Assembly (NCBI GenBank): GCA_005110385.1
Contig: DUDT01000021.1
Location: 45,420 to 109,419, forward strand
Direction: 5' to 3'
Length of the DNA: 64,000 bases
Origin: Candidatus Melainabacteria bacterium
GTDB lineage: Bacteria > Cyanobacteriota > Vampirovibrionia > LMEP-6097
Every line of letters begins with the position of its first letter. Position 1 is the first letter of the stretch. The position numbers and the translations under genes were made by a program. The notes beneath the pieces are model-generated. The model made no database searches and was not told the origin of the DNA. It worked only from the letters and a program-made list of their open reading frames with translations. Positions 20,140 to 28,935 of this stretch are shown piece by piece.

Positions 20140-20662
20140 AATAATAAGCAGCAAATAAAAATAAAGTTATATGCGAAAGCATACAGAATTTACAGACCAG
20201 TTCTAATTTAAAGAACATAATATACATATAAGAAAGTGCTATTAAGACTAAGAGTATTAAAAAAGTCTCAAAGACTCTCTGTATTTTTTCCACTTCACTT
20301 TCAAGCTGCTCAGTATCAGCATCTTGAGATGATTCAGGGCTATCTGCGTTTTCATTATCAATTTTAATTTTCAGGTCTGGGTGCTGAGTACCGAAGTGTA
20401 TTCTTGAAAACATGTAGCAGAGTAGACTAAAACTCGCTAAACCAAAAATAGGCGTAGGAATACCGAAGAGTAGAGCATATTTAGAAAGCATCACAGCATC
20501 ACAGTCTGTAGTACAGGCAAGTGAGTGAATGTCTGCAAGTATATCCTTGAAGTAATAAAAATTTATATATTTATAGGCGAGTACCGCACTGTTAATAATA
20601 AGCACCCCTAATAACATAAAAGGGATTATAGGGAATTCGTGTTTTTTCTGTTGTTCAGACAT
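20087..20662 (-). CDS. Vitamin K epoxide reductase (VKOR) family membrane protein
   Basis: Loop Cys pair [13 protein letters not shown], active-site CKFC, four TM segments. Confidence 0.85.
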   Translation of the reverse strand: MSEQQKKHEFPIIPFMLLGVLIINSAVLAYKYINFYYFKDILADIHSLACTTDCDAVMLSKYALLFGIPTPIFGLASFSLLCYMFSRIHFGTQHPDLKIKIDNENADSPESSQDADTEQLESEVEKIQRVFETFLILLVLIALSYMYIMFFKLELVCKFCMLSHITLFLFAAYYFIYYKRFLSLRTRDFCD

Positions 20663-20683
20663 AATATTGTAAAATCATAGCTA

Positions 20684-21328
20684 ATGAGGTTCGCTTTAGC
20701 ATTTCTATTATTAATAATCTCGCAGTCTTGCTCGTTAATCAATAGCGATATTGCGGCAAGTCAAGGCAAACCTAACCTTAAAAGTACAACAAAACAGGTT
20801 GCTGATACTGTTCCAGGAGAAGAGCAGTCTAAGTATAAAGAGGGAGATAATTTATCTAAATTTCTTAGAACGACTAAAGTGAGAGACCGTTCTTTAAAGG
20901 TTAAAAATTTAGTAGATTTTGTAGATCAACGTACTAAAACAGTTTTTATTGCGGTGAAGCCAGACTGTGTTTTCTGCGAGACTTTACTTGCAACTATGCA
21001 GGATTATAGTTCTAAAACTAAGTTTAAACAGAAAATAGTATTTTTTACTGATGCGAAACATGCTTCCATAGATGCTTTTCTAAAAAAATCTAATGAATAT
21101 TCCCAGATACCAGCGACATGGATTTATGATGATCAGAATAAACTAGCTGAAACCTTTGTCCTGTCTGCTTTTCCTAGGTTTTTAATTATAGATGCTAAGC
21201 ATAAATTAGTTAAAGACCAGAGAGGTTTAGTTCCTCCAGCCGATAGAGAGAGTTTAAAAGGTTTAGAAATTCCTGTAATATTACAGAAGATATCTGAGTC
21301 GACCATAGACTGGTTAAAAGTTCAATAA
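20684..21328 (+). CDS. Thioredoxin-fold (TlpA/redoxin-like) lipoprotein
   Basis: Signal peptide with Cys, PDCVFC CxxC motif, cis-Pro-like AFPRFLIID. Confidence 0.75.
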   Translation: MRFALAFLLLIISQSCSLINSDIAASQGKPNLKSTTKQVADTVPGEEQSKYKEGDNLSKFLRTTKVRDRSLKVKNLVDFVDQRTKTVFIAVKPDCVFCETLLATMQDYSSKTKFKQKIVFFTDAKHASIDAFLKKSNEYSQIPATWIYDDQNKLAETFVLSAFPRFLIIDAKHKLVKDQRGLVPPADRESLKGLEIPVILQKISESTIDWLKVQ

Positions 21329-21332
21329 TTTT

Positions 21333-22664
21333 ATGATAAAAACGATAAAAGACCTAGCCGTAAATCAAATTAAATCTAAAAAGATTTTAATGAGAGTTGA
21401 TTTTAATGTCCCTCAGGATAAGGATCTGAATATTACAGATGACTCAAGAATCCAAGCAGCACTGCCTTCTATTAAATATCTTATAGAAAGAGGAGCTAGA
21501 CTGATTCTTGTAACGCATCTAGGCAGACCTAAAAATGGTCCAGATGATAGATTTAAATTAGATCCAGTAGCTAAGCGTCTTAGTGAGCTTCTTGGCTTTG
21601 AAGTAAAAAAATTACATGATTCTATTGGGAAGGAAGTAGAGGATGAGGTTAATCAACTTACTGATGGTCAGGTTTGTTTACTTGAAAATATCAGATTCTA
21701 CAAAGAGGAAGAGGAGAATGATCAGAATTTCTGTAAAAAATTAGCAGCTTTAGCTGATGTTTACGTTAATGATGCTTTCGGAACTGCTCACAGAGCGCAT
21801 GCCAGCACTGCTGGTGTGGCTAGTTACCTTAATCCTGCGGTAGCTGGGCTGCTTATGGAAAAGGAAGTCGCTATGCTGGGTAGTAAGCTTGATAACCCAG
21901 AGAGACCTTTCACTGCGATTATTGGTGGTTCTAAGATTAGCAGTAAGATAGCAGTCTTAAATACTTTAGTGAAGAAAGTAGATACTTTAATTATCGGTGG
22001 TGGAATGGCTTACACTTTTCTTAAAGCGAGAGGAGCTAGTATCGGTAAGAGTATCTGTGAAGATTCTCAGTTAGAAGTCGCTCGTCATATCTGTGCTTTG
22101 GCTGATGAGAATAATACTGCGATATTACTCCCAGAGGATGTTATTGGAACGCCTGCTGTTGATGCAGAAGGTAACGAGATAAACATTTTCGATAAATATG
22201 GCAGGGAAGATAAATTCGAGACAAAGATTTTAGAAGCGGATAGAATTCCTTCTAACTGGCAGGGTATGGATATAGGCCCTGAGACTAGAATCAAATTTAG
22301 TAATTTAATAAGCCAGTCTAAGACTGTGTTATGGAATGGACCAGTGGGCGTATTTGAATACGCTATGTTTGATGAAGGCACTAAAGACATAGCGATAGCA
22401 CTCATGAATCTTACTGCTAAAGGCGGGGCTACTATAATCGGTGGGGGTGATTCAGTTGCGGCTATAGAAAAATATGGTTTCGCTAAAGAAAAATTCACTC
22501 ATGTAAGTACTGGTGGTGGAGCGTCTTTAGAGTTTTTAGAAGGGCAGGTGCTTCCTGGAATAGACTGCTTAAATAAGAAGGATGCTAGCTCTGAGTCTAA
22601 TGATGCCGTGAAACCTGCTCATAAGAGCTTTGCTGAAGAGCTTAAAAGCTTAGAAAATGTATAA
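21333..22664 (+). CDS. pgk: Phosphoglycerate kinase
   Basis: MRVDFNVP, THLGRP, LLENIRF, DAFGTAHRAH, GGSKISSK, WNGPVG, STGGGASLE. Confidence 0.99.
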   Translation: MIKTIKDLAVNQIKSKKILMRVDFNVPQDKDLNITDDSRIQAALPSIKYLIERGARLILVTHLGRPKNGPDDRFKLDPVAKRLSELLGFEVKKLHDSIGKEVEDEVNQLTDGQVCLLENIRFYKEEEENDQNFCKKLAALADVYVNDAFGTAHRAHASTAGVASYLNPAVAGLLMEKEVAMLGSKLDNPERPFTAIIGGSKISSKIAVLNTLVKKVDTLIIGGGMAYTFLKARGASIGKSICEDSQLEVARHICALADENNTAILLPEDVIGTPAVDAEGNEINIFDKYGREDKFETKILEADRIPSNWQGMDIGPETRIKFSNLISQSKTVLWNGPVGVFEYAMFDEGTKDIAIALMNLTAKGGATIIGGGDSVAAIEKYGFAKEKFTHVSTGGGASLEFLEGQVLPGIDCLNKKDASSESNDAVKPAHKSFAEELKSLENV

Positions 22665-22667
22665 AAA

Positions 22668-24002
22668 ATGCTCAAGGTAATTGGGCTTGTCGCTAGCCTT
22701 ACTTTTATTAGTAAGATTCTAGGTCTCATTCGAGATCTGGTTATCGCTCATTATTTTGGCACTTCAGTTTATTCTGATGCCTTTAATTTAGCTTATTTAT
22801 TTACTGGAAACATTTTTATTATTTTCGGCTGTATCGGTGGCCCTATCTATAATTCGGTGGTGGCAATACTGCCTAAAGTTAAAAGATCTACACAGAAACC
22901 TTTCCTGAAGAAGATTTTGTGGCAGTCTATGTATATCTTTACAGCAGTAGCTTTAATTATTTACTTTGCTAAGCCTTATATTCTAAATGCTTTTATTGAT
23001 AAGGCTAAGCATCTTGAATATTTTAATCTTACTTTGACGAATATAGATCTACTTTTGATTCTGATTCTGATCACTGGACCAAATGCGATTATAGGAGCTC
23101 TTCTGAATATTTATAAAAAATATTTTATGTCGAGTATATCCCCAGCGATTACTAATATAACCCTGATCATCGCAGTAATGTTAAGTAATGTAAGTCTTTT
23201 TGGTATGTCTCTTGCTCTAGGAACTACTGTGGGTGGGCTTATCGCCTTATTTATTCAGTGGCCTGCTTTTAAAAAGATTATGGATAAAGGAAATAAAAGC
23301 ATTAAAATCGATAAGCGAGAAATTCATGATTTTAATCTAATTCTTTATCCTGCACTTCTAAGCACAGGTTTCGCTCAGATAATGACTTTTGTGGATGGTT
23401 TTTTCTGTAGAGGTTTAGAGGAGGGCTCTTGGACTGCGGTTACCCTCTCTAGTCGTCTCATACAGATGCCTATGGGTATTTTAATTACGGCTGTCATAGT
23501 ACCTTTCTTTCCAAAGATATCTGTTCTAGTAAAACAGCAGAAGTTTAATGAAATCAAACGCAGACTTTTAAAGCTGAATTTCAATCTGGTACTGGTTTGT
23601 ATACCAGCAGTAGTTATAGGCTGCATATGGCATCAGGAGATTATCCGTATAATTTTTGAGCGTGGTGCTTTTAATGCAAGGTCTACAGAAATGGTTTCCT
23701 CGCTATTTTATTATTTCAGCTTAGGAGCTATTCCTTACGTGCTGAAAGAATTTTTAGTAAGAACTTTTTATAGTTTTGGTGATAGCAGAACGCCGCTCTA
23801 TGTAATGGTTGTAACTATTTTGCTTAAGGCTGGGCTAAATTATACCTTAATTCCAGTAATGGGTTTAAAGGCTTTAGCTTTCTCTATGATGGTTTTAAAT
23901 ATTATTAGTTTTCTTGCTCTTTTGGTGTTTTTTATAATTAGATTCCAGAAGGTTCGGGGAGCAGGGAATATTTCTAAGATTGCGGAGAAGTATAGGGGGT
24001 AG
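22668..24002 (+). CDS. murJ: Lipid II flippase MurJ/MviN (short, 444 aa)
   Basis: SKILGLIRDLVIAHYFG, SDAFNLA, RLIQMPMGI, IFERGAF, FYSFGDSRTP. Confidence 0.9.
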   Translation: MLKVIGLVASLTFISKILGLIRDLVIAHYFGTSVYSDAFNLAYLFTGNIFIIFGCIGGPIYNSVVAILPKVKRSTQKPFLKKILWQSMYIFTAVALIIYFAKPYILNAFIDKAKHLEYFNLTLTNIDLLLILILITGPNAIIGALLNIYKKYFMSSISPAITNITLIIAVMLSNVSLFGMSLALGTTVGGLIALFIQWPAFKKIMDKGNKSIKIDKREIHDFNLILYPALLSTGFAQIMTFVDGFFCRGLEEGSWTAVTLSSRLIQMPMGILITAVIVPFFPKISVLVKQQKFNEIKRRLLKLNFNLVLVCIPAVVIGCIWHQEIIRIIFERGAFNARSTEMVSSLFYYFSLGAIPYVLKEFLVRTFYSFGDSRTPLYVMVVTILLKAGLNYTLIPVMGLKALAFSMMVLNIISFLALLVFFIIRFQKVRGAGNISKIAEKYRG

Positions 24003-24124
24003 GATTCTTTATTTATCAGATTATAGAATCTCTTTAATCCCTCTTCATAAGTAGCTTTCAAGCCAAATTCATCGTAGTATTTTTTAATTGAGTTCATGCT
24101 CTGAAGGATGTATTTTGGGGAATT

Positions 24125-24415
24125 TTGACCCCTTATTTTTTTCTCTTTGATTTTGCCAAACTATTTACTATTATGGATATACCAGAATCCTATAAGTATT
24201 GTGTTGATATTCTTAAGTTCACAGGTTTTGCCTTAATGAGCCCTCTTGCAACTACTTTATTCTTTTTGTTGACGAACTATCATTATCTGACAAATTCTTT
24301 TCACTATGTGTCTTTTGCTATATCTTTACTCTCTTCTGCTTTAGGACTAAAATGTATTTTAAGAGGATATCAACTTCTAGATAATTACTACTCAAACGAG
24401 AAATCAATATTATGA
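24125..24415 (+). CDS. Small hypothetical membrane protein
   Basis: Two hydrophobic segments. TTG start is uncertain. Stop overlaps the next ATG (ATGA). Confidence 0.5.
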   Translation: MTPYFFLFDFAKLFTIMDIPESYKYCVDILKFTGFALMSPLATTLFFLLTNYHYLTNSFHYVSFAISLLSSALGLKCILRGYQLLDNYYSNEKSIL

Positions 24416-24585
24416 TGGTCATGACTACTCAACAAATCCTCACTATTTTTCTTATTGAAACTATAGTTCCGTGCCTTTTTCTTTTTGGTTTTCTGTATCC
24501 TTTTTATAAACGCAAAAAAGCTGCTGGGAAGCTAGATCCAAATAAATCTTTTTTAGAAAACTTGTGGGATAGCATCCTACCTTAG
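24412..24585 (+). CDS. Small hypothetical membrane protein (57 aa, not in the ORF track)
   Basis: MMVMTTQQILTIFLIETIVPCLFLFGFLYPFYKRKKAAGKLDPNKSFLENLWDSILP. One TM followed by a basic patch, ATGA overlap with the upstream stop. Confidence 0.55.
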   Translation: MMVMTTQQILTIFLIETIVPCLFLFGFLYPFYKRKKAAGKLDPNKSFLENLWDSILP

Positions 24586-24667
24586 CTCAAGCTAATATTT
24601 TGGATTAAATTATCTATTAAATATATCCATACTTGGTTGTATTATCTATCAATTTTAACCAAAATCT

Positions 24668-25417
24668 CTATCCTAGAACTGAATTTAAAAAATCAGGAAG
24701 GCTAGATAATCTTGATATAAAGTTTTCATCAATAGGTTTACCAATAAAAGATTTGTCAAAAAACTGCAACATTCCCCTATGCTGAGGTTGTTTTATTTCA
24801 TCGTAAAAATTGATCGTGGCAAAACAAACTTTAGGAACTATGCTTTGCTGATAATTCAAATTATATTTTTCTCTCACCAGATTCTCACTGCTAGCAATCT
24901 CCATTAAGAGTTTCCACCTATAGGTCTGACCTGCTCGCTCTCTTAGAGATGTTTTTAAAGAAACAATGACAAAGTTATTTACATTGTTTGAGTTATCTAA
25001 AGTATAGAAAAATAAATCAGCATCAGGTTTTTGTATATCGCCAGCTACATTAATAGTCATTAGACCTTCTAAGTTTTTTGCAGATTTTGACTTTCTTTTG
25101 GAAGTTATTAAAACTTTAGAGTAAATAATACCCTGCTCTTTTAGCTTATAAAAACAATACGTTATTGAATATTCAAATATTTTCCCGACAATAGATTTAC
25201 TAGCTTGACTTATATCTTTAATCAAACCCTCTTCTTTCCTTGCTTTTAATAACTTTTGAACATCTACGTTTGAAGAAGTTATAATTTCGTGTAAATTATC
25301 TAAAGCTTTTTTATAATCACTAAAAGCTTCAATCCTACTAAGAACTGGAACCATGTAATAGGACTCTAGAATTTTTTCTACATCGCTTAATTCTTCTTCT
25401 GATAATTTATAAGACAC
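24668..25417 (-). CDS. Type II restriction endonuclease, CCGG-family (BsaWI/Ecl18kI-like)
   Basis: KPDADL plus SLKTSLRERAGQT.RWK permuted PD-(D/E)xK motif, 9 bp downstream of a C5 MTase. Confidence 0.82.
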   Translation of the reverse strand: MSYKLSEEELSDVEKILESYYMVPVLSRIEAFSDYKKALDNLHEIITSSNVDVQKLLKARKEEGLIKDISQASKSIVGKIFEYSITYCFYKLKEQGIIYSKVLITSKRKSKSAKNLEGLMTINVAGDIQKPDADLFFYTLDNSNNVNNFVIVSLKTSLRERAGQTYRWKLLMEIASSENLVREKYNLNYQQSIVPKVCFATINFYDEIKQPQHRGMLQFFDKSFIGKPIDENFISRLSSLPDFLNSVLG

Positions 25418-25426
25418 TCAGAAATA

Positions 25427-26419
25427 TTAAGCAGCTAAGGGGATTAAGTCAAGCTGTTTATATTTAGGTATTTCAATATCTGCTTTGAGGCTATCGAGTA
25501 AACATTTTGCGACATACCTTACAACTGGGACTACGACAGAGTTACCAAACTGCTTGTACGCTCTTGTATTACTGCATACTATTTTATAATCATCGGGAAA
25601 ACCCATTATTCTTGCACACTCTCTCGGAGTCAATCTTCTAGGATTTTTACCTTCTTGAGGTATTAATATTTCGGAACCATCTTTGTGATATCTCGCAGAC
25701 AGGGTTCTTGATACACCATTTAAATCTACTAATCCAAATCCAAATCCATGCCCTTTAAGTCGATGTTTTTCTGCATGATTTTGCAAGTATTGCCATAAAT
25801 GATCTGTGAGTGTATATTTTTCTTCTACTTGCTTTTCAAGAATAGAAGCAATGCTCGGAGTTTTAGAATAATCCAAGTCTTGAAATTTAAAATAAGTTGG
25901 CTTTTTAAATCCAACTATAAAGATCCTTTGTCTTTTTTGAGGAACAAAACACGATGAATCAATTACTTTATGATAGACAGTGTAATTTAAATCATTCACC
26001 AAAATATCAGTAATAGTTTTAAAAGTATTACCCTTATCGTGACTGACTAGATTTTTCACATTTTCTAAAATAAAAGCCTTCGGCTGCTTATCATTAATAA
26101 TTCTAGCTACCTCAAAGAATAGGTTTCCCTGCGTTTTATGTGCAAAGCCATGAGCATAGCCTAAGGAATTCATTTTACTAACACCAGCTAAACTAAAAGG
26201 TTGGCAAGGGAAACCTGCACATAGAATATCGTGGTCTGGTATATTTTCACTTTTTATTTGGGTAATATCACCATTCGGTAAATCACCAAAGTTCGCTTGG
26301 TAAGTCTGTTGTGCAAAATTGTCCCACTCTGAGCTAAATACACATTCTCCACCTAAACTCTCAAGGGCAAGCCTAAAGCCACCAATGCCAGCAAATAAAT
26401 CGATAAATTTTAATACCAT
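25427..26419 (-). CDS. DNA (cytosine-5)-methyltransferase, Dcm/M.EcoRII/M.SsoII-like
   Basis: DLFAGIGG, GFPCQPFS, ENVKNL, QKRQRIFIVG, TLSARYHKDGSEILI, YKQFGNSV. Confidence 0.96.
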   Translation of the reverse strand: MVLKFIDLFAGIGGFRLALESLGGECVFSSEWDNFAQQTYQANFGDLPNGDITQIKSENIPDHDILCAGFPCQPFSLAGVSKMNSLGYAHGFAHKTQGNLFFEVARIINDKQPKAFILENVKNLVSHDKGNTFKTITDILVNDLNYTVYHKVIDSSCFVPQKRQRIFIVGFKKPTYFKFQDLDYSKTPSIASILEKQVEEKYTLTDHLWQYLQNHAEKHRLKGHGFGFGLVDLNGVSRTLSARYHKDGSEILIPQEGKNPRRLTPRECARIMGFPDDYKIVCSNTRAYKQFGNSVVVPVVRYVAKCLLDSLKADIEIPKYKQLDLIPLAA

Positions 26420-26448
26420 AACTTCCCTTACGCAACTTTATTTAATAA

Positions 26449-26468
26449 CACGTTGCAATTAGTCTCTG
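26449..26468. repeat. TIR remnant of the palindromic element at the edge of the R-M locus
   Basis: cacgttgcaattagtctct resembles cacgttgtgcagcggtctc. Confidence 0.4.
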
Positions 26469-26475
26469 TCGCTTT

Positions 26476-27852
26476 ATGGTAATTGTACCTAAAAGCAAAC
26501 TCAAAAAATACTATAATTTCAGAATGCAAGAAACAGAAATCAAACCAGAAAATAACCCTGAAGAAAAAAATAAATATTTAGCACTCAGCTTCGCTATCGC
26601 CTTCGGTTACTTTACCTTCGGAGCGATTACTAATGTCGCTGGAGCGATTATCCCTAAAATCCGCGAAACATATAATGTCTCACCTTCGCTTTCAGTCGTA
26701 CTTGCAGCCGTTTTTTTTATCGCTTATGGTTTTACATCACTGCCTTGGGGCTTAGTGATTACGGCGGCGGGTAAGAAAAAAACTTTAATCTATAGCACCA
26801 TAGTAACCATACTTGGTGTCTTACTCTTCGCTAATATTTCTGGCTTTATTATTAATATGATCTCTATGTTTATCTGTGGCATAGGGGTTACTGGCATTCA
26901 AGTAGTGTTAAACCCTCTCGTAAACGATATTTCATCACCTGAAAAATACTCAAGAAACCTTACTATATTTATGGTGCTTATGGGAGCAGGTAGCTACTGT
27001 GCGCCCCAGTTGGTGACTTTAATTAAAAATTTAAATTTACCGTGGACTTTTAGTTACTGGGTATTTTCAGTATTAGCTGTAATCATGTTAATTTTAATTA
27101 GCTTACAGAAATTTCCAGCAGCCGCTAAAGAAGAACATTCCCCAGATGAAGTTAATCTTATTAATGAAGCTACAGCGACTGTAACTCATCACGAAAATCT
27201 TTCAGCAGCCAAATCAAACCCCGTCTTAGAGCTACTTACACAGCAGCCTTTAATCTATTTATATGCTCTCGGTATTTTCCTTTATGTAGGTGTAGAAGTA
27301 GGTTTAGCAAACACACTGAGTTTTTATCTAGAAGATAAATATAAAATTACTGAAACTCTAGGAGTCACAGCAGAAGCACTAAAAAATACCACTATTAGTA
27401 ATTACTGGGGAGCCCTGCTTCTAGGCAGACTTTTAAGCTCACTATATTTAGATAAAATTTCTAGCCGCTTAGCGATTCAGATTCACGCTGTTTTAGCCTG
27501 CATAGCCTTGTTTTTCGCTATTAGTAGTAATGATATAAATGTCGCCCTATGGGCATTACCAGCGGTGGCTTTTTCTATTTCGATTATGTTTCCTAGCATT
27601 TATGGTCTTACGACTAAGAGCTTTGCTCCTAAATACGCAGATGCTATATCTAGTATTCTCTGCACAGCGATTATCGGTGGAGCATTTATAGGTCCTCTAA
27701 TCGCGAAGGTAGCTGAATTAGCTCAAGGTTCGCTTGAAGTACCTAATTGGAATGTAGGTTTTATCGTGGCTTTTGCTTGTTATGCTTATCTGTTTATAGT
27801 TTCGTTGTTGCCAAAACAAACAATCAAATCCATGTTAGACTTACGAATGTAA
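26476..27852 (+). CDS. MFS sugar transporter (FucP/GluP-like). True start may be the ATG near 26524.
   Basis: About 12 TM segments with FFIAYGF, NPLV, FLYVGVE and SIMFPSIYGL motifs. Confidence 0.88.
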   Translation: MVIVPKSKLKKYYNFRMQETEIKPENNPEEKNKYLALSFAIAFGYFTFGAITNVAGAIIPKIRETYNVSPSLSVVLAAVFFIAYGFTSLPWGLVITAAGKKKTLIYSTIVTILGVLLFANISGFIINMISMFICGIGVTGIQVVLNPLVNDISSPEKYSRNLTIFMVLMGAGSYCAPQLVTLIKNLNLPWTFSYWVFSVLAVIMLILISLQKFPAAAKEEHSPDEVNLINEATATVTHHENLSAAKSNPVLELLTQQPLIYLYALGIFLYVGVEVGLANTLSFYLEDKYKITETLGVTAEALKNTTISNYWGALLLGRLLSSLYLDKISSRLAIQIHAVLACIALFFAISSNDINVALWALPAVAFSISIMFPSIYGLTTKSFAPKYADAISSILCTAIIGGAFIGPLIAKVAELAQGSLEVPNWNVGFIVAFACYAYLFIVSLLPKQTIKSMLDLRM

Positions 27853-27855
27853 GTA

Positions 27856-28935
27856 ATGGTTATCTTATCCTCTTATAGCCAAGATGAAAATTCCTCTGAG
27901 CCTGAACTTAGAGTTCCCCAAACGTGCTTAGACCCTAATTTAAATCAAGGCGATATCGCCTCAGAAGCCAGCCCTAGCCTAGAACAAGGAACTGCACGGG
28001 AATCCTTAAGACCAGATAACTTCGATGAATATATCGGTCAAGAAAAATTAAAATCAGCCCTGAAAATCTCTATGGATGCAGCTCGCAAGAGGCAGGATAT
28101 CGCGAGTATGGGACACGTGATGCTTTACGGTCCTCCTGGTCTAGGAAAAACTAGCTGTGCATATCTAATAGCTAAAGAATTAGGCACTTCAATTAAAACC
28201 TTCTCTGCACCAGCTTTAGATAGACCTAAAGATATTATCGGTATACTCATGTCTTTAAATACTGGAGATGTACTTTTTATAGATGAAATTCACCGCTTAA
28301 ATAAAGTTACGGAGGAGTTACTTTACCCTGCCTTAGAGGATTTCGAGGTGGATTTAAACTCAGGTAAAGATAGTTCTTCTCGCATTATGCGTCTTAAAAT
28401 TAATAAATTTATTTTAGTCGGAGCGACTACTAAGCTAGGTTATATCAGCGCTCCACTTAGAGATAGATTTTTACATGTTCACCGTATGCAGTATTACACT
28501 CATGAAGAGCTCGCTGAGATTATTTCTAAAAACGCTAAAAAGCTTTTAGTGAATATAAATTCTCTTGGTCTTATGGAGATAGCCAGTAGAAGCAGAGGCA
28601 CGCCAAGAATCGCGAACAGGCTATTAAGATTGGTCAGAGATTATGCTGATCATCTAGAAGCTGATTTAATTAATGAACAGATAGCACATAAAGCACTTGA
28701 CCTCTATCAGATAGATAAATATGGTCTTGATAAAATGGATAAAAAAATTCTAGAAGTTTTAATACAACATTATAAAGGTGGACCTGCGGGCTTAGAAACC
28801 ATAGCTGGCTTGATTGGTGAGGATAAAAATACCGTCGAAGATTATTATGAACCCTTTTTAATTCAGTCTGGTTTACTTTTAAGAACACAAAGGGGCAGAG
28901 TTGTAACCGAAAAAGGTTTAGAATATTGTAGGTGA
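27856..28935 (+). CDS. ruvB: Holliday junction branch migration helicase RuvB
   Basis: LRPDNFDEYIGQ, GPPGLGKT, FIDEIHR, PLRDRF, SRGTPRIANRLL, YEPFLIQ. Confidence 0.98.
   Translation: MVILSSYSQDENSSEPELRVPQTCLDPNLNQGDIASEASPSLEQGTARESLRPDNFDEYIGQEKLKSALKISMDAARKRQDIASMGHVMLYGPPGLGKTSCAYLIAKELGTSIKTFSAPALDRPKDIIGILMSLNTGDVLFIDEIHRLNKVTEELLYPALEDFEVDLNSGKDSSSRIMRLKINKFILVGATTKLGYISAPLRDRFLHVHRMQYYTHEELAEIISKNAKKLLVNINSLGLMEIASRSRGTPRIANRLLRLVRDYADHLEADLINEQIAHKALDLYQIDKYGLDKMDKKILEVLIQHYKGGPAGLETIAGLIGEDKNTVEDYYEPFLIQSGLLLRTQRGRVVTEKGLEYCR

Noticed and set aside
20344-20355. ctgcgttttcat in the VKOR loop (ENAD)
   Set aside because: The match to the element is only about 11 bp. It may be a remnant but is too short to call.
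23840-24160. Minus-strand ORF (FGLKATYEEGLKRFY) resembling a gene C-terminal fragment
   Set aside because: It overlaps murJ and the 96-aa ORF on the opposite strand and gives no convincing family motif.
27895-27930. RuvB N-terminal segment resembling an element arm
   Set aside because: It needs two gaps to align, and RuvB N-termini are naturally variable.
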